Positions 42,513 to 53,745 are shown, counted from the first letter of the stretch. The stretch is DNA of 64,000 bases from an uncultured delta proteobacterium (GCA_963841435.1 CAWJCS010000003.1:384001-448000); one strand, 5' to 3'. Numbers and translations: made by a program. Notes: a model not told the origin generated them from the sequence alone.

Positions 42513-43393
42513 GTGCGCTCCTCGTCGGGCCGCGACAGTGGGAACAGCTGGAAATTCATTTGCACGACCTGGCGCGGGTCCTCCTCGAGCGCGGACAGCT
42601 CGAGCAGCTCGCGGCGGAAGCGCTGGACGCGCTCCTTCAGCCGACGGAGGCCATCGCCGCCGAGGCAGAGCGTGAGCGCCGAAATGTCGCGCTGATCGGG
42701 GGGAACGGCGTCGATCGAGGCACTCGCACGCTCGAGCATCACCCGATGGTAGCTCGCCACCTGCACGCTCCTGACCTCCGGACCGGTCGAGACGAGCACG
42801 TCGCCCTGGATGACCCGCCCGCCCGGGCCCTGCACGAGCAGTCCCAGAGAGAGCAGCGTCTGCAGAGCGTGGGTTGCCTCCGCCGGAGCGATGGCGGGCC
42901 ACAGCATGCCCGCGATCCAGTGGGGATCGGCGCGAAAGTCAGCGCGTGCCGCGAGCTCGCGCACGGCGGGCAGGTACCAGGTGGAGTGATACGCGGCGAA
43001 CGCGGCATCGAGCGGTCGCGCCTTCTGAAAGCGGCGAAACCCCGTGAGTCTCGCGTAGTGATCCGCGCGGTCAACCGTCGAGGTGGCGCGGTCGAAGCGC
43101 ACGAGCTCGGCGAAGTAGAGCGCCGCGTCGCCTGTGAGGCCGGCGGCCTTGGCGAACCGCGCCGCCATCTTGTCGGTGAGATTGCGCTGCCGGTCGATGA
43201 CGAGCTTCAGATAATTGGGCGAGCCGAGCCCCGCGCGACGGGAGAACGAACGGTACGACTGCCCGCGACGCTTCTTGCGATCGAGGTAGTAGTCGCGAAG
43301 AAAGGCGCGGTGGTCCAGGTAATCGAACACGTCGACGGCCCTGCCTTCGGGCGTCGTCGGGGCCAGGGGGTCGCGAGGCCGCAGGGGCACCAC
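42509..43393 (-). CDS. TIGR02147-family (DUF4423) protein with N-terminal HTH-like region
   Basis: VFDYLDHRAFL.D, SYRSFSRRAGLGSPNYLKLVI, WYLPAVREL, RDISALT, QMNFQLFPLS; start uncertain (43393 or 43330). Confidence 0.85.
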   Translation of the reverse strand: MVPLRPRDPLAPTTPEGRAVDVFDYLDHRAFLRDYYLDRKKRRGQSYRSFSRRAGLGSPNYLKLVIDRQRNLTDKMAARFAKAAGLTGDAALYFAELVRFDRATSTVDRADHYARLTGFRRFQKARPLDAAFAAYHSTWYLPAVRELAARADFRADPHWIAGMLWPAIAPAEATHALQTLLSLGLLVQGPGGRVIQGDVLVSTGPEVRSVQVASYHRVMLERASASIDAVPPDQRDISALTLCLGGDGLRRLKERVQRFRRELLELSALEEDPRQVVQMNFQLFPLSRPDEERT

Positions 43394-43397
43394 AACA

Positions 43398-43467
43398 GTA
43401 TACGTTTGATCGAAAATTATCGAGCAATTTGGCGAACCGCTCGATAAGTCATCATTGCAGCGTATAC
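43398..43467. promoter_or_regulatory. AT-rich nested inverted repeats, putative operator
   Basis: TTATCGAGC-N13-GCTCGATAA (43417-43447) flanked by GTATACG (43398) and CGTATAC (43461). Confidence 0.55.
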
Positions 43468-43550
43468 GATATGGGGCAGCGCCCGGCGGCTCGTGGAGCC
43501 GCATCGTGGCGTCGGCGCCGCCTCGGTCGCCCGAGACGCGCGTGTGGGGC

Positions 43551-44207
43551 TCACTGCATGTCGAGCGTGACGGAGTCGGTGCCCTGATTTCCGTCGGAGT
43601 CCGTGACGGTCAGCGTGATGACCTGCAAGCCCGCCTGGGTGAGCGACTTGTTGAACATCTCACCGGTTCCAATCTGTCCTTCGAGACTGCTCGTCCACAC
43701 GAGCGCCGAGCCCGTCAAGGCGCCGTCCTCGGCGTCGGTCCCCACGCCGATGAACGGAATGGAGGCGTTCACGGCGCGCATTTCGCCGTCCCCGGGATGA
43801 TTGATCGTCGCGACGGGCGCGCTGCCGACGATGCCCGAGCTACCGCCTTCGCCCGAAGAACCAGTATCACCCGCTGCCGCGCCCGTCCCGCCATCAGCGC
43901 CGGCTGCGGAGCCCGCTTCGCCACCGCTACCGTTGCCACCCGTGCCCACCGCACCGCCTCGCCCCGCCTGGGCGCCAGCGGAACCCCCGGCGCCACCCCT
44001 GCCCGCCGTGCCGCCACCGCCGCCCTTGCCCGCGGTCGTGCCTCCGCTTCCGGAGCTACCGCCCGATGCACCACCCTTGCCGCCCGACGCGCCGCCCGAC
44101 GCTGGCGAACCACCGGATCCGGCCACGAACGCGTCGTCATCGCCGCCGCAGGCAGCGAAGGTCAACGCACAGACTGGAAAAACAGCCAAAAGCAAGCTCG
44201 TTCGCAT
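43551..44207 (-). CDS. Gly-rich lipoprotein with C-terminal Ig/PKD-like domain
   Basis: FAAC lipobox; P.ATI..P.DG, G.DAEDG.L, WTS, ITLTVTDSDG. Confidence 0.8.
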   Translation of the reverse strand: MRTSLLLAVFPVCALTFAACGGDDDAFVAGSGGSPASGGASGGKGGASGGSSGSGGTTAGKGGGGGTAGRGGAGGSAGAQAGRGGAVGTGGNGSGGEAGSAAGADGGTGAAAGDTGSSGEGGSSGIVGSAPVATINHPGDGEMRAVNASIPFIGVGTDAEDGALTGSALVWTSSLEGQIGTGEMFNKSLTQAGLQVITLTVTDSDGNQGTDSVTLDMQ

Positions 44208-44386
44208 GGACGCTCTCCTCGGTTTCGGATCGGCGCGCCACGTCGGGCGTGAGCACCAAACCACAACGGATCGTACCTCGCGAACGGGAGAACGAGGGAC
44301 GAAAGCAGCGGAAAGCGCGAGCTTTTCGCATACTGCTTGTATACGGCCGGTTGCGGGTAAGAACGCTCCGCCCCATAGACCGCCCC

Positions 44387-45052
44387 ATGACTCTCTCGAT
44401 CGTGACGGGCGCGAATCGAGGCATCGGCCTCGCGCTCGTGGAATTGTTGAAGCAACGTGGGCATTCGGTGCTGGCTGCGTGCCGGCGCTCGTCGCCCGCG
44501 CTCGAGAAGCTCGGCGCCACCGTCGTTTCGGGTGTCGAGGTGACGGAAGACGCGGGCATCCAACAGCTAGTCGACGCCGTGGGCGACCAGAAGGTCAACC
44601 TGCTCGTCAACAACGCGGGCATCCTGCTCTCGACGGGTTCGCTGCCCGAGCTCGACGCCCAAGGCATCCGCAAGCAGTTCGAGGTCAATGCGCTCGCACC
44701 GCTGCGCATCACGGCGGCGCTTCTGCCGCGGCTGAGCGTCGGCTCGAAGGTCGCGCTCATCACGAGCCGCATGGGCTCGATCGACGACAACGGCTCGGGC
44801 GGCTCGTACGGCTATCGCATGAGCAAGGCCGCGCTCAACATGGCGGGAAAGTCGCTGGCCGTCGATCTCAAGCCGCGCGGCATCGCCGTCGTCATCCTCC
44901 ATCCCGGCATGGTGAAAACGGAGATGATCGCGGGCCACGGGCAGGTCGAGCCGCTCGATGCGGCGCGCGGCCTGCTCGCACGCATCGACAACGTCACGCT
45001 CGAGACGACCGGCAGCTTCCTCCACGCGAACGGCGAGCGCCTACCCTGGTAG
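44387..45052 (+). CDS. Short-chain dehydrogenase (CsgA-like subfamily)
   Basis: TGANRGIG, NNAGI, SRMGSIDDN.SGG.YGYRMSKAALN, HPG.V.T. Confidence 0.9.
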   Translation: MTLSIVTGANRGIGLALVELLKQRGHSVLAACRRSSPALEKLGATVVSGVEVTEDAGIQQLVDAVGDQKVNLLVNNAGILLSTGSLPELDAQGIRKQFEVNALAPLRITAALLPRLSVGSKVALITSRMGSIDDNGSGGSYGYRMSKAALNMAGKSLAVDLKPRGIAVVILHPGMVKTEMIAGHGQVEPLDAARGLLARIDNVTLETTGSFLHANGERLPW

Positions 45053-45266
45053 CCGCCCGTCGAGCGCGAGCAACGCGCCTCTCCCGCCCGTGGAACCGCC
45101 GCTCCCGAAGGCACCGAGATCGGGCGCACCCGGGAGTCTTCATGGCTGTTGTCCGCTTCAGAGGGAAATTTCCGCCCCGCTTGCAGATGATCCGCGAACC
45201 GCGGACCGCGCCAGCCGACACGCGCGGTGGCGGGCACCGACGCGCGCGGGCAGCATGCCTGGCTCG

Positions 45267-46295
45267 ATGAGCACGTCGAGCTCCGAGCCCCCGACTGCCT
45301 CCGCTCGCACCTGCGGCTGCGACAAGCCGCCGCGACGCGTGTGCGACGTGTGCCGCACGGCCGACGCGGCGTTCATCGCGTGCTCGCACGCGTGCCTCGA
45401 CGCGCACCTCGTCGCCGAGCATCCGGACGTCGAGCGAAGCGCTTCGGCGCGCGCGCGTGCCTACCAGAAGGCGATGAACGACCGCGCGGTCAACGACTGG
45501 GAGCGCTTCGCCTCCCATCGTCGGCGCGTCACCGACATTGCGAGCGCACGCGCGGCCGGACCGAGCCTCTGCATCTTCGGCGTCGGCAACGGCTCGGACG
45601 TCAATCTTGCCGACCTTTCGACGACGTTCGACAGCCTGGATCTCGTCGACCTCGACGGAAGCGCGCTCGAGCGCGCCAGCGCCCGGCTACCCGAGGCGCT
45701 ACGGGAGCGCGCGCGGCTGCACGCCAACGTCAACCTGTCGGGCTTTCTCGACGAGCTCGACAGCGCGAGCGACGGCATCCCCGAGAGCGAGATCGCCGTG
45801 CGGGCCGTGGCCGCGGCGCGCGGCGTCGTCGAGCGGCTGGGACGGCGCTTCGACACCACGCTCTCGACCTGCGTCTTGAGCCAGCTCATGCTCCCCTACC
45901 AGCGCGCCTGGGCGAGGACCGGCACGGAATGGGCGGCCCTCGAAATGGCGCTCACGGCCCTGCACCTCTCGACGCTCACGGGCGCAACACGAGCCGGCGG
46001 TACCTGCATCCTCGTGTTCGACGTGCTCTCGTCGAAGGACCTGCCGAGGCTCGCGGACCTCGTCGGCACGAGCAGCGACGACCTCGCGACCTTCGTGGCG
46101 CGCGAAACCTCGTCCGGTGAGATCCCTCTCAGACCCGATCCCCATGCTTTCCTCGAACAGCTCAAGTTGCCAGCGCTCGCGTCGATGATCGCGGAGCCAC
46201 GCTTGACGACTCCCTGGCTCTGGCAGCTCCACGATGCAGTCCAGCTCGTGTGGGCGCTCGTTTACCGCTGCCCGGGCACCACCACCGACGATTGA
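45267..46295 (+). CDS. Hypothetical protein: N-terminal Zn-finger-like motif plus SAM-methyltransferase-like fold
   Basis: CGC...CDVC...CSHAC...H...H; IFGVGNGSD, LVDLD, TTLSTCVLSQL. Confidence 0.6.
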   Translation: MSTSSSEPPTASARTCGCDKPPRRVCDVCRTADAAFIACSHACLDAHLVAEHPDVERSASARARAYQKAMNDRAVNDWERFASHRRRVTDIASARAAGPSLCIFGVGNGSDVNLADLSTTFDSLDLVDLDGSALERASARLPEALRERARLHANVNLSGFLDELDSASDGIPESEIAVRAVAAARGVVERLGRRFDTTLSTCVLSQLMLPYQRAWARTGTEWAALEMALTALHLSTLTGATRAGGTCILVFDVLSSKDLPRLADLVGTSSDDLATFVARETSSGEIPLRPDPHAFLEQLKLPALASMIAEPRLTTPWLWQLHDAVQLVWALVYRCPGTTTDD

Positions 46296-46350
46296 GCGGC
46301 TTGAGCCCGCCCGGTGCGGGGGATATGTGTGGGGTAGAGAGGCGAGCCAG

Positions 46351-48745
46351 ATGCTCAACACCGTTCGGGTGCCAGACAAGTTCGCACCGCTCTTCGAGCA
46401 CGCGCAGAGCTACGTCACCCGGTATTTCGCCGATCAGCATTCGGCACCGGAACGCGGAACCCTCGAAATCAGTGGCCAACGCTACATGCTCGTGCGCGCC
46501 GCCTCCATGTCGGTCGAGTTCTACGACATGGTGCGCCACTACTACCGCGAGGACCAGGAGGCGCGCGCGGTCGCGCACGCGTTGCTCTTCGACGTCGCCC
46601 ACGCCATGGGTCTCGCCGACGCCCGCGCCTTCGCCGAGCGCATGGACGTCACGGACCCCATCGCTCGCCTCTCCGCGGGGCCCGTGCACTTCGCCCATGC
46701 CGGCTGGGCGTTCGTCGAACATCTCGGCCGAGAGCAATCCTTCGCCGGACGAGAACTACTACCTGCTCTACGATCACCCGTACTCGTTCGAGTCCGACTC
46801 CTGGCTGAACGCCAAGAAGCCGAGCACGCACCCCGTGTGCGTGATGAACACCGGCTACTCGTCGGGCTGGTGCGAGCATGCGTTCGGTCTACCGCTCGTC
46901 GCCACGGAGATCCTCTGTCGGGCCAAGGGTGACGAAGCGTGCCGCTTCATCATGGCGCCGCCAGATCGGATCCGCGACCACGTCGCTCGCTACGTCGAGC
47001 GCCACCCCGAGCTTGCGACACGCATCGTGAGCTATCAAATTCCTGGCTTCTTCAGCGCGCGCACCGATCCGCAGCTCGTGAGGAAGAACATCGAGCTCGA
47101 ACGCGGCGCTCAAGAACGCGCGCGCGAGCTCGCCGCCATCAACGAGGAGCTGCAGCGTGACATCGCGCAGCGCAAGCGCACCGAGGCGGCTCTCAGCGCC
47201 AGCAAGGAGCTCAACGAGCGGCTCATCGAGGCGCTGCCGGGCGGCGTCGTCCACGTCGCGCGCGACGGCACGATGCTGAAGGCGAACCCCGAGGCGCTGC
47301 GCATCCTGGGCGTGAGCTTCGACGAGCTCAAGACGATGCGCCCCGAGGACTTCGGGCGCGTGACCCTGGCCGAGGACGGCTCGCCCGTGAAAGCCTCCGA
47401 CTACCCCATGATGCGCGCCATCGAGACGGGCCTGGTCCAGCCCGCCATGACGATCGGCGTGCGCAAGCCCGGCGGAGACATCTCGTGGGCCGTCTTTCGA
47501 GCGGTGCCGACGCGAGACATCGACACCCAGGAGGTGTCGGGGGCGGTCGTGACGTTTTTCGACATCACCGAGCGCAAGCACTTCGAGGACAAGCTCCGCC
47601 ACACGCAGAAGCTCGAAAGCCTGGGGCTCCTCGCCGGGGGCATCGCGCACGACTTCAACAACCTGCTCGTCACGATCCTGGGCAATGCGAGCCTCGCGCG
47701 CACCATGCCCGAGTGCGACCCGAAGATCGTCGAGCTCCTCGACCAGGTCGAGAGCGGGGCGAGGCGCGCCGCCGAGCTCACCAAGCAAATGCTCGACTAC
47801 GCGGGCCGGGGGCGTTTCTCGGTCGAGCGAGTCAGCCTGCCCGATCTGGTGCGCGACATGGTGCAGCTGCTCAAGGCCATGATCCCCAAGCACGTCGAGC
47901 TCCACTGTCATTTTCGCGAGGGACTACCCAGCGTCGAAGCGGACCCGGAGCAGGTGCGGCAGGTGGTGATGAACCTCATCACGAACGCCGCCGAGGCGAT
48001 CGGCGAGCGGCCAGGCAAGGTCGTGATCAAACTCTCCGAGCGCTACGTGTCCGACCAGGAGCTCGAGCACTACCTTCGGGAAGGCGCACCCGCCGCCACC
48101 TACCTCTGCCTGGAGGTCGAGGACGACGGTGACGGCATGGGTCAGGAGACGCTTTCGCGCATCTTCGACCCGTTCTTTACGACCAAATTCAAGGGAAGGG
48201 GCCTCGGATTGGCGGCGGTGCTCGGCATCGTGCGGACGCACCGAGGGGCCATCCGCGTGGAAAGCCGGCAGGATGCCGGCACTCGAGCGATCGTGCTCTG
48301 GCCCGAGCGGTCCCGGGCGACGTCGAGCACCGCCCTCGCGAGCCCCGGCCACGGCACGATCCTCGTCGTCGATGACGACGACGGGGTCCGAGCGGTCGCC
48401 GAGCGGGGCCTCACGCAGCGGGGCTACCGTGTGCTCACGGCGAGCAACGGGGCGGACGGCCTGCGCCTGCTGGCACGCCACCGCGGGGAAATCAGCCTCG
48501 CGCTCGTCGATGTGACCATGCCCGGCATGAGCGGTTTCGACCTCTTGAAGGAGCTGCGCGCGCAGGGCGGCGTAACGCCCGTCCTCTTGAGCAGCGGCTA
48601 CGACGTGGACCCGTCGCGCGTCGAAGCCGCTGGCTCCAGCGGGATCCTTGCGAAACCCTACGACGTGTCCGAGCTCTTGGCGGCGGTGTCTCGCATCCTG
48701 GGTGCCCCACCGCGCCCTGGCGCGCCGCCGGGTGAGCCGAAATGA
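46351..48745 (+). CDS. Hybrid sensor kinase (XylR-N/V4R-PAS-HisKA-HATPase-REC); frameshift near 46719
   Basis: N-terminus in frame of 46234 ORF (GP.HFAHAGW), remainder in frame of 46250 ORF: PVC...GYSSGW...E..CRAKGD..CRF, AHDFNNLL, FDPFFTTK, LVVDD. Confidence 0.85.
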
Positions 48746-48978
48746 CGGGCCCCGGACACCCCGGTGGTGGGGCGGCCCGTGTGTCCCACACTCCTAGCAG
48801 GCCGCGAGCTTCGGACTTTGCCGGCTCCCAGCGAATCAGACCACCCATCCGTGACACGCGGCGTCACTAGCAATGTTGTCGCGTGCAAACTCACAACGCC
48901 TGCTAAAGTAGGTGTCGCGGTACTAATTCGCGCCTGCTCCTCCGGGCGCGTCCCTCCCTTTCCACCAAAGGTGCTCCC

Positions 48979-50317
48979 GTGAACCAAACTAGCATCTCCC
49001 GCCTCGCGATGTCCGTCACCGCCCTCGCGTTCGCCGCCTACGCCTGCAGCAGCAACACGGGGGAGCTGCCCGGAACCGGCTTCAACGGCGGCGCCACGTT
49101 GAACGGGTGGCACGGGGACGGGCGGAATCTTGGGCAGCGGCGGTGCCACGGGCGGCAGCACGACGGGCGGCGGGGCTGGAACGGGCACCGGCGGGTCGAT
49201 CGGTGTTGGCGGCTCGATCTCCGTCACGGGTGGCTCTGCCGGAATGGACCAGGTGGATCCGGACACGGCATGCGGCATGGGGGAGGCGAACGCCAATCTC
49301 AAGCCGGTCAACATGCTCGTGATGTTCGATCGCTCCGGCTCGATGCTCGATTGCAGCGATGGCACGGACCGCAGCAACCAGGAGCTCTGCCCGTCCGGTC
49401 CTTCGCGCTGGGACACGGCGTCGGCCGCACTCAAGGCGTTCTTCGCGGACCCTGGCGCCGACGGGCTCGGCGTGGCGCTGCGCTTCTTCCCGCACGATCT
49501 GCCGGCAGCGGGTTGCCAGGGCGGCAACCAGGGCGCGTGCGACGCCAACGCCTGCGCACAGCCCCTCGTCGACATGGGCACGCTCATGGTCGACCCCGCG
49601 CCGACCGACGCCCAGGAAGCAGCGCTCGTGAGCGCGGTCGACGCTTCGGGCCCGGACATGCCCGGCATGCAAGGGGGAAACCAGGGCGGTGGAACGCCGA
49701 TCATGGCGGCTCTCGATGGAGCCCTCACCTGGGCGAGCGCCTACCAGATGGCCAACCCCGACCAGCGCACCGTCGTCGTGTTCGTGACGGACGGCGCCCC
49801 CAACGGCTGCGGCAACAACTTCGGCCAGATCGCCCAGCTCGCCGCGGACGCGCTCGCGAACGCCGGCGTCAGCACCTACATGATCGGCCTTCTCGACACG
49901 AACGGCATGGGCGTCAACCAGCAAGACATGGACCGCGTCGCGGCCGCCGGCGGCACCATGCAGGCGTTTTACGTGAGCGACGGCCAGCAGGCGACGCAGC
50001 AGCTCATTGACGCGTTCAACGCCATCCGGGGCAGCGCCATCAGGTGCGACTTCGACGTACCTACCTCCACCTCCTCGGGGGCCCTCATCAACCCCAAGCT
50101 CATCAACGTGAACTACACGCCGGGCGGTGGGACGGAAGTGCAGCTCGGCCTGGTCGACGGTCCTGACGCCTGCGCAGACAAGCAGGCCTGGTACTACGAC
50201 GACCCCGCCAACCCGACCCAGATCCTGCTCTGCCCCGCCGCTTGTGACACCGTCACGGCCGACGAAGGCGCCCAGATCACCATCCTCGCCGGTTGCCAGC
50301 CGCGACCCGTACCCTGA
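48979..50317 (+). CDS. von Willebrand factor A domain lipoprotein; frameshift near 49105
   Basis: AYAC lipobox in first frame; MIDAS DRSGS, GTP, VTDG in second frame; extra G in AACGGGTGGC. Confidence 0.8.
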
Positions 50318-50420
50318 GGGCATGACCCCCGGGCGGGGGCTGACTCGGCTGTCAGGGCCGCCTTCGACAGCGGGGCGCGGCGTCTGATAATCTGAGGGTC
50401 TTTTTCCCACTACGGGGCTG

Positions 50421-50436
50421 GGGCACGCGGCTTGCT
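50421..50436 (+). promoter_or_regulatory. Putative sigma54 promoter
   Basis: GGGCACGCGGCTTGCT about 30 nt upstream of ATG 50467, GGAG RBS between. Confidence 0.6.
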
Positions 50437-50466
50437 CAGAGCCTTCCCCGGAGGAGACCAAGGCGC

Positions 50467-52401
50467 ATGCGATACGTCACCGTGATCCCCTGGGCGCTCG
50501 GCGCACTGTTCATGACAGGAGCCGCCGAGGCGGAGCCGCTCTTCGACCTGTCGGGGCGCGTTGCGCTGCTCGATGGCGCGGTCCCCAGCGGCGTCCACGC
50601 GACGGTCGGCCTCGACCTCGACCGCGACGGCACGCTGAACAGCTTCGAGCTCGTGAACATCGACATAGGCGACGACGGCAGCTACGCGGTGAGCTACACG
50701 CCCGATCCGACGAAGGTAGACTTCGAGTTCATCGCGTTCGTCACCCAGCTCGCCGCAAACTACGAGCAGAACGGCTTCGATGCCGTGCTCGAGGACGGCC
50801 CGCTGCCCGTCGTCGTCAAGCTCGAGCGCGAGGGCTACTCCACGGTCGTCAAGCGTTTCACGACGCTTTCGCAGGCCCCTACGCTCAACGTCGTGATGGC
50901 GCCGCTCGCGACCATCGGCTGCACCCTCGGCGTCTGCTCCGCGGGCGACGGGAGCGTCAGCATCCAAGGCTTCCCGGGGGGCACCGGGATCGATCGCGCC
51001 TTCGCGAGCGCCTACGACCCCGGCCTCGACACGCGGCTGTTCCCGGGCGCGTTCACCGACACGAGCTCGAACCTGCTCGTCTCGAGCGGGTTCACGCAAA
51101 TCAATCTGCACGACGCGAACGGCAACAAGGTCACCTCGCTGTCGTCGCCCGTCACGGTGCGGTTCCGCGCCAACCCGGCCTCCTACGCCACGCTGCGCGA
51201 TCTTTCGCCGGGCAGCTCGGGCATCGAGGTCCCGATGTACAGCTTCGACGAGGACGTGGCCGACTGGGTGGCGGAGGCGAACGGCGAGCTCGTCGACGCG
51301 GACGGCGTGCGCATTGCCGAGGACGAGCTCGATGCCATCCACGACGGGTCGTACCAGGACCCCGTGTACATCTCGTTTTTGACGCGCCACTTCTCGACCT
51401 TCAACTGCGACGCACCCATCACCCGCCGCGCCTGCGTGAAGGGACGGATCGTGACGGACGTCGGTGACGCGATCGCGAACGTTCAGGTCGCCGTGAGCGG
51501 CGTGAGCTACACGGGCTCGGCGGGCACGGTCGTGACGGGCGTAGACGGCTACTTCGCGAGCGATCTGATGAAGAGCGAGCTCTCGAGCGAGGACGTCGAT
51601 AACAACGGCAAGCAGGGCGAGACGTTCCGAGCGCAGGTGGCAATCGACGGCGCGCTCGGCGTGTACGTCGGGGCGTCGTTCGACACACCGACCGTTCAGG
51701 GCACGATCGGCCGCACGACGTCGTGCCGGCCCGCGGACTGCGACTGCGTCGACATCGGCGACATCGTGCCCCAATTCGAGCTGCCGCGTGCGTGCACCAT
51801 CACCGTCCGCGCGACCTACTCCGGCAGGAGCACGATCGGCTCCGGCGGGCCGCTCGCCGAGGGCGACGCCGTCGTCGGCGCCACGCTCTCGGGTCAGCTC
51901 ACGGGCTCGCTCGGCAGCGGACCCGCCAATGCCGCCGCCTGCGCGGGCGAGCCGTGCGGCGCGGCCGCCGCGGACGCGAGCGGCCAGGCGACGTTCGTCG
52001 TGCCCGTCCTCGGCGACGAGCCGCACATCCAAGTGAAGGCGAGCTACCAGACCAAGGTCGACGGCACGCTGCACTGGTACGACGCGTCCGCCACCGTCCA
52101 GGGCTGCGCAAGTGGCGATGCCGAGCTCAGCGGCAGCGTCGATCTCGAGCTCACCCACATGGCCCTCGACGGCCTCGGTGACTTCATCGGGTCGCTCGGA
52201 TCGGGGCCGTCCTCGGGCGGCACCGGGGGCGGTGGTGGGCTTTTCGACGACCCCCTCGGACGTGACGATCCCGCCGCAGCCCCGAGCTGCGGCTGCCGCA
52301 CGGCGGGGAGCTCGTCACCCTCGGGGTTTCCCGCCCTTTTCATTTCGCTCGCCGCGGTCGGCGCGCTCGGTTGGCGACGCCGTGGCGCGCCGACTGCATG
52401 A
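50467..52401 (+). CDS. Secreted surface protein with MYXO-CTERM sorting signal
   Basis: Signal peptide; HFSTFNCD.P...CVKG motif; C-terminal SCGCRTAG + TM + RRR. Confidence 0.8.
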   Translation: MRYVTVIPWALGALFMTGAAEAEPLFDLSGRVALLDGAVPSGVHATVGLDLDRDGTLNSFELVNIDIGDDGSYAVSYTPDPTKVDFEFIAFVTQLAANYEQNGFDAVLEDGPLPVVVKLEREGYSTVVKRFTTLSQAPTLNVVMAPLATIGCTLGVCSAGDGSVSIQGFPGGTGIDRAFASAYDPGLDTRLFPGAFTDTSSNLLVSSGFTQINLHDANGNKVTSLSSPVTVRFRANPASYATLRDLSPGSSGIEVPMYSFDEDVADWVAEANGELVDADGVRIAEDELDAIHDGSYQDPVYISFLTRHFSTFNCDAPITRRACVKGRIVTDVGDAIANVQVAVSGVSYTGSAGTVVTGVDGYFASDLMKSELSSEDVDNNGKQGETFRAQVAIDGALGVYVGASFDTPTVQGTIGRTTSCRPADCDCVDIGDIVPQFELPRACTITVRATYSGRSTIGSGGPLAEGDAVVGATLSGQLTGSLGSGPANAAACAGEPCGAAAADASGQATFVVPVLGDEPHIQVKASYQTKVDGTLHWYDASATVQGCASGDAELSGSVDLELTHMALDGLGDFIGSLGSGPSSGGTGGGGGLFDDPLGRDDPAAAPSCGCRTAGSSSPSGFPALFISLAAVGALGWRRRGAPTA

Positions 52402-52464
52402 CCGGAAAAATCCAAAGCTTTCGTAGCGATCGAGCGGCGTCGCATTTCTGATAAAGTCGTCGCA

Positions 52465-53721
52465 ATGAGCGACGAGTCGGACGACGTTGACGATCTGTGG
52501 GGCACACCCGACAGCGAGACCGAAGCTGCGCCGAAGCCCCAGCCGACTCCGTCGAAGCCCGCGAGCGAGGCCCCCGCGCCGGCGCGCGTGCAAACAGCGG
52601 CAAGCTCGGTCCCTCCGCGGACCACGAGCAGTGTGCCGCGGCCGGCAAGCAGCAGCCCGCCGGCCGCGACGAAGGCCGAAAGCTCGCCACCGCGCTCGAG
52701 TGAGCCCACGCCCCCATTGAAAAGCACGCCTCCGGAGGGCATGGCGCGGGCGAGCCATCCTGCCGCGGCACGCAGCGCTCCGCCGGGCGGCTCGGCGTCG
52801 ACGCCGAGCGGCGCGCCCGGCCCGGGTGCCTTCACGACACGGGGCAGCGCGCCCGGCTCGGCATCGTCGCCGCCAGGCTCGCTCAGCCCGACCGTGCGCA
52901 CGGTGCCGTCGAGGCAAGCCACGCTGATCGGTATCCCCGCCCCCAGCGTCGTTCTCCCGGGCGCGAAGCCTCCCGTCGAGCCCGAGGCGACACCCGCGGC
53001 CGAGCGCAAAGCCGACGCGCCGGTCGCCGCGCCGCATGAGCCCGTGCAGGCGGCAGCGCCCCGCGAGGAGCCCGCACACAAGACGCGCCGCGACGCGGAA
53101 ACGCTGCGCGTGGGACGCGATGCCGCAGCACGAACGCGTCCCCCCGAGCCCCCCGCACGCGAGCCGCATGGCTCGACCACGCGGAATCTCCTGATCGTGA
53201 GCGCGGTGCTCGCTGCTGCGATTCTCGGCGGCAGGGCGTACCTGCAAGAACGAGCGGACGCGCTGCCGCCACCGCCGCCGGCTGTCGACACCGCCGCGGT
53301 GGCGCCCGTTGCGGAGCCCCCCAAGGCCGAGCTGCCCAAGGCCGAGCCGGCACCGCCCCCAGCTGCCACGGCAGACACCGAGGAGCCCACCGCAAGCGCC
53401 GAGCCGGCGGCAAGCGCGGCCGCCGCACCCGAGCCAGCCGAAGGCGCGTCCGCAGCCCCCGCGGCGATGGCAAGTGCCGCTCCGAGCGCCTCGGCGCCCC
53501 CCGCGAGCGCCGAGGGCACGCGCACGGTCGTCGTCACGATCAGCCCCGCCAAGGGCAGGCTCTGGCACAGGGGCAAGGCCGTCGGCTCGTCGCCCGTCAC
53601 GATCCACCTCGCGCCCGGCGAGAAGCGCGCCTACGAGGTCGGTAGCCCTGGCTGGGTGACACGGCGGCTCGTGGTCGACGGCAGCAAGCCCGAGATCTTC
53701 ATCGGGCTGAAGCCCGAGTAG
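52465..53721 (+). CDS. Pro/Ala/Ser-rich single-TM protein with PEGA-like C-terminus
   Basis: Low-complexity linker, TM LLIVSAVLAAAILGG, G.SPV.I...G..R.YEV..PGW. Confidence 0.65.
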   Translation: MSDESDDVDDLWGTPDSETEAAPKPQPTPSKPASEAPAPARVQTAASSVPPRTTSSVPRPASSSPPAATKAESSPPRSSEPTPPLKSTPPEGMARASHPAAARSAPPGGSASTPSGAPGPGAFTTRGSAPGSASSPPGSLSPTVRTVPSRQATLIGIPAPSVVLPGAKPPVEPEATPAAERKADAPVAAPHEPVQAAAPREEPAHKTRRDAETLRVGRDAAARTRPPEPPAREPHGSTTRNLLIVSAVLAAAILGGRAYLQERADALPPPPPAVDTAAVAPVAEPPKAELPKAEPAPPPAATADTEEPTASAEPAASAAAAPEPAEGASAAPAAMASAAPSASAPPASAEGTRTVVVTISPAKGRLWHRGKAVGSSPVTIHLAPGEKRAYEVGSPGWVTRRLVVDGSKPEIFIGLKPE

Positions 53722-53745
53722 TCGGAGCGCGAGCGGCTCCAACGC

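Noticed and set aside
44387-45052. Calling this gene csgA (C-signal)
   Set aside because: Same SDR subfamily, but paralogs are common and orthology cannot be shown from sequence alone
48868-48905. Imperfect inverted repeat upstream of the vWA gene
   Set aside because: Short and bulged; cannot be told from chance
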